Shown here: piece after piece, positions 9,601 to 17,628 of the stretch
How the letters are laid out: each line of letters begins with the position of its first letter
How positions within the stretch are numbered: the stretch's first letter is position 1
UHGV virus genome: UHGV-0085232
Strand: one strand, 5' to 3'
DNA length: 36,388 nt
DNA from: a virus
Position numbers and translations under genes: made by a program
Notes under the pieces: generated by a model
Databases searched by the model: none
The model's input: only the letters and a program-made list of their open reading frames with translations
Told to the model about the DNA's origin: nothing

Positions 9601-12240
9601 TAATTTCATTCCCAAATCATCAAGAGCAGAGATAACCCCGTCATAATTCTGATTGTTAAAATCAGTCATGGCATCCTCGTAGCCTGTGATTGTAGATTCT
9701 ATATTTTCGACCTTTGCTCTTGCGTTGTCAACAGCGTCAAATGCATCTTTATTTTTTTGCTCAAATCTTGACAATGTTGCTTCCGTGTTTTCCAAAGTGC
9801 GTGAATATGCGATCAGAGCCTCGTAAGCTTGGTCTTTGTTGACACCTTCTGAGTTCAACCACTTGCTATAAGCCTCATTATAGTTATCCTGCGCGATTTT
9901 TACCTCTTCTGTAAGCCTTTTTTGTTCCTTTAAGGCATCAGCCGCAAGCAGTTCGGCATCTGTCAAATCCTTTCGAGCTGCTATTTTGCTTTTCATAGCC
10001 TCGGTATAGTCCTCTTCATATGCCGATAAATATGCCTCGGCTTTCTTTGCCTCTATGGTTTGATATACACTGTCGCGCAATTCGTCATAGCTCTCAATCA
10101 GGTTGCCGTTCATGCCGTATTCCGTGCCGAGTGCGTCGTTCAGTTCGCCCAGAATAAACTGCGCTCTGCCTCTATTGGCGTCGCTGACTTCGCCGTTTGC
10201 GTCTGCAAGGCTGAACAATTCGTCCGCCAGATTTTTAGCATTGTCAAATTCCGCTTTAGATGCCATGATACTGTCGGCAAAAGCCTGTTTCCTGTCGTTC
10301 ATGGCATCTATATCTTCCTGCAAGCTCTGCGCGTGTTCCTCAACCGCCTCACGGTGCGCTTTTTCTGCCTCGGTTTCTTTTGTAATTGCCTTGTATGCCA
10401 AAATCGCCGCTCCTGCCACTGCGGTAAGCCCCGCAACAACTAATCCTGCCATACTGGCTTTTTCGGCAGCGTTATGCGCAATTTGTGCCGCTGTTGCAAG
10501 ATTTATTTGACGTGTCAAGACACCAAAAGCCAAACCGAGCGGTGTAATAGTTAATGTTTCCGCTGCATTGGATGCAGCAGATGCTTTACTGACCAAGGTA
10601 TAAGTTGCTGTTACAGCGCTAAGTGCCTGCAATTTGCCTGATATAGCTGTTACTACAGTATAGCCTTTAATAACCGCAAGAGCAGTACCGCCCACGACCG
10701 CCAAAGTTTCAAAATGTTCGCCGACAAAGCCTAATGTACTTATCAACGGAGGCAGTGCTACATTTGCAAGGTTAATTACAAGGCTTACGGTATTACCCAA
10801 TAAATTCCCTATATTTGCCAGTGCGCCCGATAAATCGCCGCCCGAGAGTGAACGTGTAAGCTCGGAAATCTTGCTTGCACCCTCGTCAACTGCGTTCTTT
10901 AACGGCTCTTGTATACCGTCATAAAATGCGATTGCAAGTCCTTCGGCGGCAGAGCCTAATAATGTCAGCTTGCCTTTGAGGTTGTCGTTCATGGTTTCTG
11001 CCATTTGAGCCGCCGCGCCGTCACAGTCTTTCAAATATCCGCTCAGCTCGTTCCAGCGTTCGCCTGAATTTTTCAAAAGCGCTGTCCCTGCCGCAATGGT
11101 ACGTGTGTCGAATATTTGACTCATTGCGTCTATCCTGTCTGCTTCGGACAGTTTTGAAAGGCTTTTGTTGAGATCTTGCAAAACGTCTTGCGCTGAACGA
11201 AGATTCCCTTTTGCATCTGATGTTTTAACGCCCAATGCCTTCATAGCTTTCGCAGCGCTGGAAGTCGGTGTATAAAGATTTTTAAGGGCGTTTCTCAATG
11301 CTGTTCCGCCCTCGGCTCCTTTTATACCGTTATCTGCCAATATGCCGAGTGCTGTGTTCATTTGCACTGTGTCCATTCCTGCAAGCTTTGCCTGACCGCC
11401 TGCAATCAATACCGCCTCGCCCAATTGCTGAACGCTTGTATTTGATTTTGACGCCGCCATAGCAAGCTGGTCGGAGAAATTATCCATATCCTTTATACCT
11501 AACCCCATAACAGCCATACTGTCGGTCAAAAGGTCGGAGGCATACGCTAAATCCATACCGCCTGCCGCCGCAAGGTTCAATACCTTAGGTAATGCTTCAA
11601 CCGATTCCTCGGCGCTGTAGCCTGCCAATGACAGATATTCCAAAGCGTTTGCGGCTTGTGTTGCGGAATATTTCGTTTCTTCGCCCATTTTTCTGGCAGC
11701 AGAGGATAACATCTCATATTCGTCCGCCGTTGCCATTGATATAGCCGAAACCGATGACATAGCCTCCTCAAAATCAGAACCCATTTTTAAAGACGCACCG
11801 ATTCCCGCAACAAGTCCTGTACCCACGGCTTTAGCCGCTTTAGATGCGCCGTCCTTTATTTTTTTAAAGGATTCGTCAAAATCCTTGCTTGCCGAGGTCG
11901 CTGACTTTTTAGCGCTGTTCTTTATTTCGTCAAAATCCTGTTTGACTTCTTTACCGGCACTGTCTGCGGAATTTTCAATTTTTTCGGCAGCTTTTTTACC
12001 TTCTGTTCCTACGTTTTCAAGGCTTTTCTTTACTGCATTACTTCCGCTTTCACCGGAACTTTTAATTTCAGCCCATGCTTTTTTCATGGCTTCTGATTGT
12101 GACATACCTTGTTTTCTAAATTCTGCCGCCAATGTAGATGCCGCCGATTTTGATGACTTTTCTATCTTTTTCATTCCCGACTCAAAGTCTTTGGTATCAA
12201 TCTTGGTATCAAAAAGCAAAGAGCCGTCAGTTTGTGCCAT
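6646..12240 (-). CDS. Tail tape measure protein (TP901-like core)
   Basis: ~1864 aa, helical and Ala-rich; FEEAMSSV..TKYSATQAA..GIKGAEGGTALRN core; start at MAQTDG. Confidence 0.95.
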   Translation of the reverse strand: MAQTDGSLLFDTKIDTKDFESGMKKIEKSSKSAASTLAAEFRKQGMSQSEAMKKAWAEIKSSGESGSNAVKKSLENVGTEGKKAAEKIENSADSAGKEVKQDFDEIKNSAKKSATSASKDFDESFKKIKDGASKAAKAVGTGLVAGIGASLKMGSDFEEAMSSVSAISMATADEYEMLSSAARKMGEETKYSATQAANALEYLSLAGYSAEESVEALPKVLNLAAAGGMDLAYASDLLTDSMAVMGLGIKDMDNFSDQLAMAASKSNTSVQQLGEAVLIAGGQAKLAGMDTVQMNTALGILADNGIKGAEGGTALRNALKNLYTPTSSAAKAMKALGVKTSDAKGNLRSAQDVLQDLNKSLSKLSEADRIDAMSQIFDTRTIAAGTALLKNSGERWNELSGYLKDCDGAAAQMAETMNDNLKGKLTLLGSAAEGLAIAFYDGIQEPLKNAVDEGASKISELTRSLSGGDLSGALANIGNLLGNTVSLVINLANVALPPLISTLGFVGEHFETLAVVGGTALAVIKGYTVVTAISGKLQALSAVTATYTLVSKASAASNAAETLTITPLGLAFGVLTRQINLATAAQIAHNAAEKASMAGLVVAGLTAVAGAAILAYKAITKETEAEKAHREAVEEHAQSLQEDIDAMNDRKQAFADSIMASKAEFDNAKNLADELFSLADANGEVSDANRGRAQFILGELNDALGTEYGMNGNLIESYDELRDSVYQTIEAKKAEAYLSAYEEDYTEAMKSKIAARKDLTDAELLAADALKEQKRLTEEVKIAQDNYNEAYSKWLNSEGVNKDQAYEALIAYSRTLENTEATLSRFEQKNKDAFDAVDNARAKVENIESTITGYEDAMTDFNNQNYDGVISALDDLGMKLSDPNISAQKFVEGSKEALGQLGYAYTDALTGVEIALQNFQNKPSESTKTALDNAIQTALDKKSEYEDAGGVNAGGYITGFDGVMYGADVSLEPFVDKLKAYEDVIGDSGLEAADKYGNNLIGQLTTFATPIGSMLENVGEKFKILNNAQDDLEKQGSLTKESIKNLAKAFPDIDTESLTVENVKQRINDLKLAVLNAKGKTDNLATSLSNLPSNKTITVTVNTVTTGNAKKGYATGVKNAPRGLAVVNEKGRELIKSKDGSFRYVDSGTSALTYLNQGDTVYTAAQSKRMLNSANVKIPGFAGGLNNYSGNTAMSSISIDLRFGDVSGGLEDALLSGQGKIKKAGEKLGENAIDGFNDSFDGETEKSGQDFVDGFTDGINGSQSEAVSVSGDMAYDSTNQLSSAASEAMGIGSQLASNFAAGISSGESAVASAAGGLASTAIAALSAAAGQALGIGLTSAGTLDIQIVDSNYKLSADVEKMKKEMDLSLSLGAISLEDYTKSVTYWRDNYVKKYTQQWWDATKTIVNNNQTVANEAKKTAEDNAKAAQQAAEKAQKEAEDRRKKQIEEELNALQHQHDMELISDEQYINGKEAIYNKYYKGDKDKQREIEKARRDLEEQNYLDQREKSFNNIEFWRKMGYITESQYWEEYKRLTEMYYDPNRDRDREEYRSKISAYYDHEIEERDKARQKEQDRIEWLYSKGLISAKEYYDSMTRYRDRWFEKGTDEWEDFNKTVIENLDFSSVISEKLDAVLDKQKSMRDKLYDSVSLYQTYEPGLKIGGEAVKLNVATNWSFEKQKLQNYFDTFNNLKNRVDMPTELLDDIRNMSRDEGMQFMQVLQNMDDDELKKYIEDYKSYFDLANKGSEDMYADDAVQTAKDTAAEIAQQLKDAGFEVPDTFFELGKTSVKRFGEGFEEQLKTIKEKMNSSVASALVKYLPSFVADGKPTSGDVTVVTNNNYNITAKDESAKGQMDAIQREQDYRDMN

Positions 12241-12269
12241 ATATATCACCTGCCTTTAATTTTTTGCAC

Positions 12270-12302
12270 AAAAAAACCACGTCTTTTAAAAAAACGTGGT
12301 TC
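12270..12302 (-). terminator. Intrinsic terminator, 3' end of the toxin mRNA
   Basis: AACCACGT...ACGTGGTT followed by a T-run on the minus strand. Confidence 0.7.
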
Positions 12303-12320
12303 TGCTGTATTAAATTTTTG

Positions 12321-12349
12321 TTGACAAAATAGGTTATAGGTGATATAAT
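12321..12349 (+). promoter_or_regulatory. Consensus sigmaA promoter of the antitoxin RNA
   Basis: TTGACA-17-TATAAT with extended TG. Confidence 0.85.
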
Positions 12350-12354
12350 AAAAA

Positions 12355-12452
12355 CACATTAAGAGTGATTGCCGGTGCAGTGGCGGTCATTCCTATGTGT
12401 TTTTTGAGAACGTAGAAAATGCCGCTTACCGCTTAGCCGAGCGGTTTTTTTC
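12355..12452 (+). ncRNA. Putative type I antitoxin RNA
   Basis: Between the + promoter and terminator ACCGCT-tagccg-AGCGGT-TTTTTT; long 5' hairpin; antisense to the toxin 3' UTR. Confidence 0.7.
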
Positions 12453-12458
12453 TTTTAA

Positions 12459-12524
12459 TTACTTATGTTTAATCAAAAGAACGATGTAAAAAGTAAATAT
12501 AACAATAATTGTCACATATTCCAT
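12459..12524 (-). CDS. Putative type I toxin, 21 aa MEYVTIIVIFTFYIVLLIKHK
   Basis: Single TM helix with basic tail; SD AAAGGGGG; own promoter; too short for the ORF track. Confidence 0.75.
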   Translation of the reverse strand: MEYVTIIVIFTFYIVLLIKHK

Positions 12525-12577
12525 TTCAGCATCGCCCCCTTTCGGGGAACAACCTTATCACTCTTAATGCTTTTTAT

Positions 12578-12607
12578 ATTATACCACACCATGTCATATT
12601 TTGTCAA
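12578..12607 (-). promoter_or_regulatory. SigmaA promoter of the toxin mRNA
   Basis: TTGACA-18-TATAAT with extended TG on the minus strand. Confidence 0.8.
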
Positions 12608-12611
12608 TATG

Positions 12612-13187
12612 TCACATCAGCTTGCTCAGCTCATCGGACATATCCCTGTCGATTTCCTCCTGTGTGCGGTTGTCGGGGAGTGCATACAAGTCTTTCATGC
12701 GCCGGTAGAAATGGCGCATTTTCTTGTTTTCTTCCTTGTTCAAATCATACGCACGGTATTCCATTATCTTTGATATTCTGTGCTCTTCGTTAAGATTGGC
12801 AAAGAGCGTCGTGAACTTGTGCCAGTGCATATCGCACTCGGAAAGGTCAATGCCGTACTGTGCCAAAAACGCAGCGTAAATATAGTCAAAGTCGTAGTAA
12901 TAACTGTAGCTCCTGACCGCCTTTTCGCCTGTTCCTTTCGTCTTTTTTTCGCTTTTTTGAGTACCGATATAAAAATCGAATAACCCTGTCATAAGCTCCG
13001 AAATATCCTCCGGGAGCGATTTTGTGTCCATAACGGCGCATATAAGAGGTACAATCTTTTTCGTGAAATCAACAGGCTCATCAAGTATATGCTCAAATTC
13101 AATCCACGCCCGAAAGCTTGTCTTTACGGGATATTTTTTGCCCGATACTTCAATGCTGTCCGGGAGGGGATATAACATTGTATTCAT
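12612..13187 (-). CDS. Tail assembly chaperone, A118 Gp15-like
   Basis: YIYAAFLAQYGIDL..MHWHKF..I.KIMEYR motif. Confidence 0.85.
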   Translation of the reverse strand: MNTMLYPLPDSIEVSGKKYPVKTSFRAWIEFEHILDEPVDFTKKIVPLICAVMDTKSLPEDISELMTGLFDFYIGTQKSEKKTKGTGEKAVRSYSYYYDFDYIYAAFLAQYGIDLSECDMHWHKFTTLFANLNEEHRISKIMEYRAYDLNKEENKKMRHFYRRMKDLYALPDNRTQEEIDRDMSDELSKLM

Positions 13188-13558
13188 CAGTTCATGCGCT
13201 TGGAGTTAAAGGGATTCTGGCGCAGTACGTTATATTTATCGCCTTTTTGACGTTCGAAATCCTCCGCAACGGCGCTTATGTAGACAACCAAGTCCATAAC
13301 GTCATGTACAGATATTGCTTTATCTGCAAAAATTATGCCGATTTCACCCTTGCCGAGTACGTTTTCAAGGTCTGCAACAACTGCCGTAATGATGTTTTTA
13401 ACATCTTTTTCGGTTGCCTCACCCATAACAAGCTTATCATTAAATTCAATCAGTTTTTTTCTTGCCGCGTTTACGTTTACTTCCGCCATAACGGGATCTA
13501 TTTCATATATTTTGTTTCCTGCCTCGATTTGTATGGTATTTTTTAATATTTCAAACAT
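13187..13558 (-). CDS. Tail assembly chaperone
   Basis: Between the major tail and Gp15-like genes; TGATG coupling. Confidence 0.7.
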   Translation of the reverse strand: MFEILKNTIQIEAGNKIYEIDPVMAEVNVNAARKKLIEFNDKLVMGEATEKDVKNIITAVVADLENVLGKGEIGIIFADKAISVHDVMDLVVYISAVAEDFERQKGDKYNVLRQNPFNSKRMN

Positions 13559-13596
13559 GATATTTTCGTCCTTTCAGAATTTTATTTCAAAAATAC

Positions 13597-13626
13597 GGCA
13601 AGGAGGGGAAGCCCCTCCCGATTGCC
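13597..13626 (-). terminator. Hairpin after the major tail gene
   Basis: GGCAA..GGAGGGG ctt CCCCTCC TTGCC then GTATTTT. Confidence 0.55.
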
Positions 13627-13627
13627 T

Positions 13628-14122
13628 TTAGTCTGCTTTAATTGTGCAGGTTTTCCAGCCGTCTGTGCTTTCAACGACTATGTTTTCAAAATCGCCGTTT
13701 GCTTTCATTGTACCCGAATAGGTGTATGCGTCTGTGCTGTCACCCTCACTGTCGGGAATGATTGAAAAGTTACGCGAAACGGCATTAAAGGAAGAGCCGC
13801 CCGATGTTGACGGTGACGAAAGGTCAACGACTACTATCTTTCTGATTGCTCCGTCAAAGGTAAGTTCACCGTCTGAAATTGCAACGATTTCTTTGTGTAC
13901 GGCATCGTCCGAAAATCTGTCAAATGCATATGATATAGACGGTGCATAGCCTGTCACATCACTTCTTTCGGCGTTTTCATCAACGTAACGTCTGGAATAT
14001 TCAACAGGATTTTTGGAAACCGAAAGCTCTGTAAAACCTCTCATTCTGGTGAGTGTTTTCGAGTCCGATTCTCCTATCTCCATAAATGCCACTTTGTCAC
14101 TTCTGTTTAAAATTTTATCCAT
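13628..14122 (-). CDS. Major tail tube protein
   Basis: GFTELSVSKNP.EYSRRYVDE...GYAPSI motif; position. Confidence 0.85.
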   Translation of the reverse strand: MDKILNRSDKVAFMEIGESDSKTLTRMRGFTELSVSKNPVEYSRRYVDENAERSDVTGYAPSISYAFDRFSDDAVHKEIVAISDGELTFDGAIRKIVVVDLSSPSTSGGSSFNAVSRNFSIIPDSEGDSTDAYTYSGTMKANGDFENIVVESTDGWKTCTIKAD

Positions 14123-14138
14123 TTAAAATCTCTCCTTT

Positions 14139-14564
14139 TTAATAAAATATTTTCTCTCTTACATATGTTAATTTCAACTGCATCTGAAAGCGTGCAGTCT
14201 TGGCATCACTGCCGATAAGATACGCGCTTGACTGTACCTCAATACGTGTTGCGGTATCGTTTCCCGAAAGTTTCGGGAGATTTCCGCGGTCGTTTTGTTC
14301 TTCGATCCAGTTTTGCATATCCTCGAAAAACTTTGCGACATTTTCGTTGTTTACAATGTTCGCATCGTAATCTTCACGACTTGCGAATATAAAAATAAAC
14401 TGCCTGAGCGAGCCGCCGTCCGAGTATCTTTTAACTTCGGGTATGCAGGGGACATTGTCAAGCGTATACTTGACTTTTGCGCCCTCCAGATAGTTCACAT
14501 TAATGATACCCTTTTTGGAAATCAGCGGACACGTCTTTAAAAATTCTCTTATTGCCGCAATCAA
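14139..14564 (-). CDS. Tail terminator / tail completion protein
   Basis: Position before the major tail gene; RQFIF.FASRE..W.EEQN..GNLP..AR.Q.Q..L.Y pattern; TTG start with SD. Confidence 0.7.
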   Translation of the reverse strand: MIAAIREFLKTCPLISKKGIINVNYLEGAKVKYTLDNVPCIPEVKRYSDGGSLRQFIFIFASREDYDANIVNNENVAKFFEDMQNWIEEQNDRGNLPKLSGNDTATRIEVQSSAYLIGSDAKTARFQMQLKLTYVREKIFY

Positions 14565-14581
14565 ATGTTATCCCTCCTTTT

Positions 14582-14953
14582 TTACTTGGCATCGGCACCG
14601 GCTTCACTCGCCGCACCGCTTAAAATATCACGCAGATGATCCGCTTTCATACGCTCAAACCATCGTTTGCCGCGCATACCGCCGCCGCGGTATTTAAGAG
14701 CATGACCGTTTTTCGATACGCCGTAATACTGGTACTTTGCATACGGTGTAACATATCTGACTTTACCACTGCCGATATTTGTATGTGTAATACCGCTGTC
14801 AATCAGCATACCTGTGTCTTTCGGAACATACGGATCACAAAAACGCAGTACGGCATTATCTACATACTGCTGTACCCGTCCGCCGCTCTCCAATCCGCGC
14901 TTTTGTAGGATTTCACCTGTGGTATTTATCTTAAATTCAAAATTCATTGACAT
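14582..14953 (-). CDS. Tail completion protein (Minor_capsid_2-like)
   Basis: YVPKDTGML, TPYAKYQYYG and GKRWFERMK motifs. Confidence 0.8.
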   Translation of the reverse strand: MSMNFEFKINTTGEILQKRGLESGGRVQQYVDNAVLRFCDPYVPKDTGMLIDSGITHTNIGSGKVRYVTPYAKYQYYGVSKNGHALKYRGGGMRGKRWFERMKADHLRDILSGAASEAGADAK

Positions 14954-14954
14954 A

Positions 14955-15269
14955 CTACTCACACACAACCCTCCAATGCTTGTTTATTCCGCGGCGGTTA
15001 TCCGATACCGCCATTACTTTCAGATCCGTCCCCGCGTCGGGTGCGGTATCCGTGTGCTTGCCGACACGTATGTAATCACCGACAAAAATCTTGACATCAT
15101 GCGTTGTTGGAATCCGTATGCTGTAGCTTGTTTGATGATAGAATCCGTCAACATCGTCATGCAGCATCTTGTCCGAGCCGTAAAAGCTGACTTGGGGGAA
15201 ATACTGCCTTGTATACCCCTCCAAATCGTCCCGAATATGCCATACCGTTATACTTTTGTTTGTAAGCAT
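14955..15269 (-). CDS. Head closure-type protein
   Basis: GDYI..G and V.DN.RG...HW motifs; position after the head-tail adaptor. Confidence 0.65.
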   Translation of the reverse strand: MLTNKSITVWHIRDDLEGYTRQYFPQVSFYGSDKMLHDDVDGFYHQTSYSIRIPTTHDVKIFVGDYIRVGKHTDTAPDAGTDLKVMAVSDNRRGINKHWRVVCE

Positions 15270-15270
15270 A

Positions 15271-15606
15271 TCAAAACCCCCTATACAGTAAATCCGTGTT
15301 TGAAAGATAGGTTTTGACAATATCCGAAAGCTTTGCACCGGTACGGCTGTTGTCGGTATAGCTTACCGAATAACCGTCGTTATTCTCGGAGGAAATACCC
15401 TCATGCGCAGTATCGGTTTGTAATTGCTCGGCAACGGCGCATACGCAAAAGCGGACATTATCGTCCGCTTCGCATATTCTGCCGAAAGTGAGGCGGTTTA
15501 ATACGGCGGCGGCTTTTTGCTCATAATGCAAAAACTCATTGTCGGTCAACAGCGGTTCGCGCCCGTTACAATACGTTGAATGATAAAATTCAAGGTCTGC
15601 ATACAT
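15271..15606 (-). CDS. Head-tail adaptor
   Basis: MYADLEFY, SENNDGYSVSY and C-terminal LLYRG. Confidence 0.85.
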   Translation of the reverse strand: MYADLEFYHSTYCNGREPLLTDNEFLHYEQKAAAVLNRLTFGRICEADDNVRFCVCAVAEQLQTDTAHEGISSENNDGYSVSYTDNSRTGAKLSDIVKTYLSNTDLLYRGF

Positions 15607-15624
15607 AATACCACCGCCTTCAAA

Positions 15625-16791
15625 TTACTTGCCGAACTTTGCAAGCACAATCTTTGACGCATTTGTCAAGCCTACACCGTAGTATTTTGCGGTTGTAATC
15701 TCGTGCGTCTGTGTTCTCGGTTTCCATTCGGCGTCGGTCTGCGTGTCCTTTTTGAGGAATATCGTCAGTGCCGGTGCTTCTGTTTCGGTGTACTCTGTTT
15801 CGCTGCTGTCCGGTTCAAGCTTGATAATCGGGCAGATGTAGCAAGCTGAAGCCGCAGATACACCCTGTGTTGTAGTTGTAACAGCAATTGTTCCCGATGC
15901 AGATGTAATGGAAACTTTCGGCTCGCCTGTGCCTTCCTTGCCCGATTTCTCGGTTAAGGTTACAACTCCGCCCGATGATGTTGCCGAATAGTCTGCGTTA
16001 GATGCAAAAGCGGTCTTAACGGCAGTTGCCGCAGCAGTAGCGGACGCGCCCGATGTGGTGTCCAAAGTAACATCGACACCTGCAACGGTAATCTTATCGC
16101 CGCTTGCAACGGTCCCACCGATTGTAACCTTGTATACGCCTGCAACGGCAGTCACTTCACCGCTTTCTTTTACCTTTGAGGATTTCTTTATCCAACACCC
16201 TGCAATCTTGCCGATTGCACCGTTTACCGCAACACCTGCCTGGAATTTATCGGCAGAGAGGAAATCGTCATCTTTTAAAAGTGACGCCTCCTGTCTCGGG
16301 TGGATAAACATTACCTTTTCCACACCGTCCTCTTCGTCCTCAAACTTTGTTACGGCGTCAACGATAGCGTCATAGCCGATAGGTGCGCTTGATTTGTTTA
16401 CTACCATAGGCGCAGTGTAGGCGGTTTCCAAAATGTCTGTATCAACCTTGCCGGCGATAGCCTTTGCAAGCTGGCTTGTAGCTTGTCCTATCGGATCGCC
16501 GTAGCCGCTGTTTACCGACTCTTCGGTAAGTCCGATAGCCTTCATAGCCTTTTTGATTGTAAATTCAGATGTCGTTGTAGACATATCCGAAAGCGCAACC
16601 TCCGCACCCTCTGCAACGTCTACCGCGTCACCCACATAATTCCAGCACGGATATTTAACCGTGTCGCCCGCAACACCCTGCAAGCTGTTGTCTACCTTGG
16701 CATAGGGTGTGATTTTAAGCTGTGCCGCGATTTTCGCGTCAATCATATCCCCCATAACCTCGGGGACTACCATTCTGTTTTTCTCTGTCAT
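15625..16791 (-). CDS. Major capsid protein (N4-gp56-family-like) with an internal ~100-aa insertion
   Basis: PEVMGDMI, GDTVKYP.W.YVGDA and SGYGDP motifs; follows the scaffold gene. Confidence 0.9.
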   Translation of the reverse strand: MTEKNRMVVPEVMGDMIDAKIAAQLKITPYAKVDNSLQGVAGDTVKYPCWNYVGDAVDVAEGAEVALSDMSTTTSEFTIKKAMKAIGLTEESVNSGYGDPIGQATSQLAKAIAGKVDTDILETAYTAPMVVNKSSAPIGYDAIVDAVTKFEDEEDGVEKVMFIHPRQEASLLKDDDFLSADKFQAGVAVNGAIGKIAGCWIKKSSKVKESGEVTAVAGVYKVTIGGTVASGDKITVAGVDVTLDTTSGASATAAATAVKTAFASNADYSATSSGGVVTLTEKSGKEGTGEPKVSITSASGTIAVTTTTQGVSAASACYICPIIKLEPDSSETEYTETEAPALTIFLKKDTQTDAEWKPRTQTHEITTAKYYGVGLTNASKIVLAKFGK

Positions 16792-16796
16792 GTTAA

Positions 16797-17393
16797 TCAA
16801 TCTCCTTTTAATTCATTATACAGTTCGGGACTTTCCGAATATATCTTCATGCGGTCGCCGTACCCCATTTTGGCGAACTGTTCTTTTGTTATTTCGCCGT
16901 TTGCCGGGGTTTTTGTTTCCTTTGTAAACTTTGGCGGCGGCGTTTGGGATTCAAACAGATAGTCGTTGTCCTTTCTGATTTGCTCTATCTGCTCATCTAA
17001 CCCCGAAAGCTCGTCATTTTCAAAGCTTATCTTGTCCATATCCAAAAGTCCCTTTAAGATTTTTGTGTTCTTTGCACCTGCACCCGACAGCGCTTTTTCG
17101 AGTGCCGATTCCATTTTGAACTGCGCAAATTCTTTCTGCGCGTCTTTCTTGCCGCGGTCATACTCATCTGTTTTTAACTTGTCAACGTCTATATTTTCAA
17201 ACTCAGAAAGCTTTTCTTGCTTGGCTTTTATGATACCGTCCTTTACGGCGATATCATCTTTCAGGTTTTTGTTCTCAATCTGCAAGGCTTGTCGGTCGGC
17301 TTTTAGAGTCTCGACTTCCTTGCCCCATTCTTTCTGAACCTCTGCAATAGCATTGCTGTCAAGTCCCAGATTCTTTAAAAATTCCACTTCCAT
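16797..17393 (-). CDS. Capsid scaffolding protein (Phage GP20-like)
   Basis: FLKNLGL, GAKN, GLDEQI and YLF motifs; coiled coil. Confidence 0.9.
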   Translation of the reverse strand: MEVEFLKNLGLDSNAIAEVQKEWGKEVETLKADRQALQIENKNLKDDIAVKDGIIKAKQEKLSEFENIDVDKLKTDEYDRGKKDAQKEFAQFKMESALEKALSGAGAKNTKILKGLLDMDKISFENDELSGLDEQIEQIRKDNDYLFESQTPPPKFTKETKTPANGEITKEQFAKMGYGDRMKIYSESPELYNELKGD

Positions 17394-17484
17394 GTTTATA
17401 TTCTCCTTTTTCGTATTAAGATTTTTTTAGGTGGAGTTCTGCCCACCCCGAAAATGACTGTTTTAGGTCTTATCATCTGACCAA

Positions 17485-17516
17485 TAAAAAAGCGTATATG
17501 TAAAAACATAAACGCT
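17485..17516 (-). terminator. Intrinsic terminator upstream of the scaffold leader
   Basis: AGCGTtTATG...CATAtACGCT followed by a T-run. Confidence 0.6.
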
Positions 17517-17541
17517 AAGGTGGCAAACCGCCTATTCTCAT
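17515..17541 (-). CDS. Putative leader peptide MRIGGLPP
   Basis: SD AAAAGGAGG 8 nt before ATG; stop codon overlaps the terminator stem. Confidence 0.5.
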   Translation of the reverse strand: MRIGGLPP

Positions 17542-17628
17542 TCCCAAATCCTCCTTTTTTCTATGCTAATCAAAAATAACAACCTGAATTTGTGTATAAA
17601 AAAAGAACAGCGTAAAACGGTTCTTGAT

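Noticed and set aside
13180..13200. Programmed frameshift between the tail chaperones
   Set aside because: Genes are joined by a TGATG overlap with their own SD, and no clear slippery heptamer is present.
14139..14564. Antibiotic-resistance label sometimes attached to similar proteins
   Set aside because: No acetyltransferase or transporter motifs; position indicates a tail completion protein.
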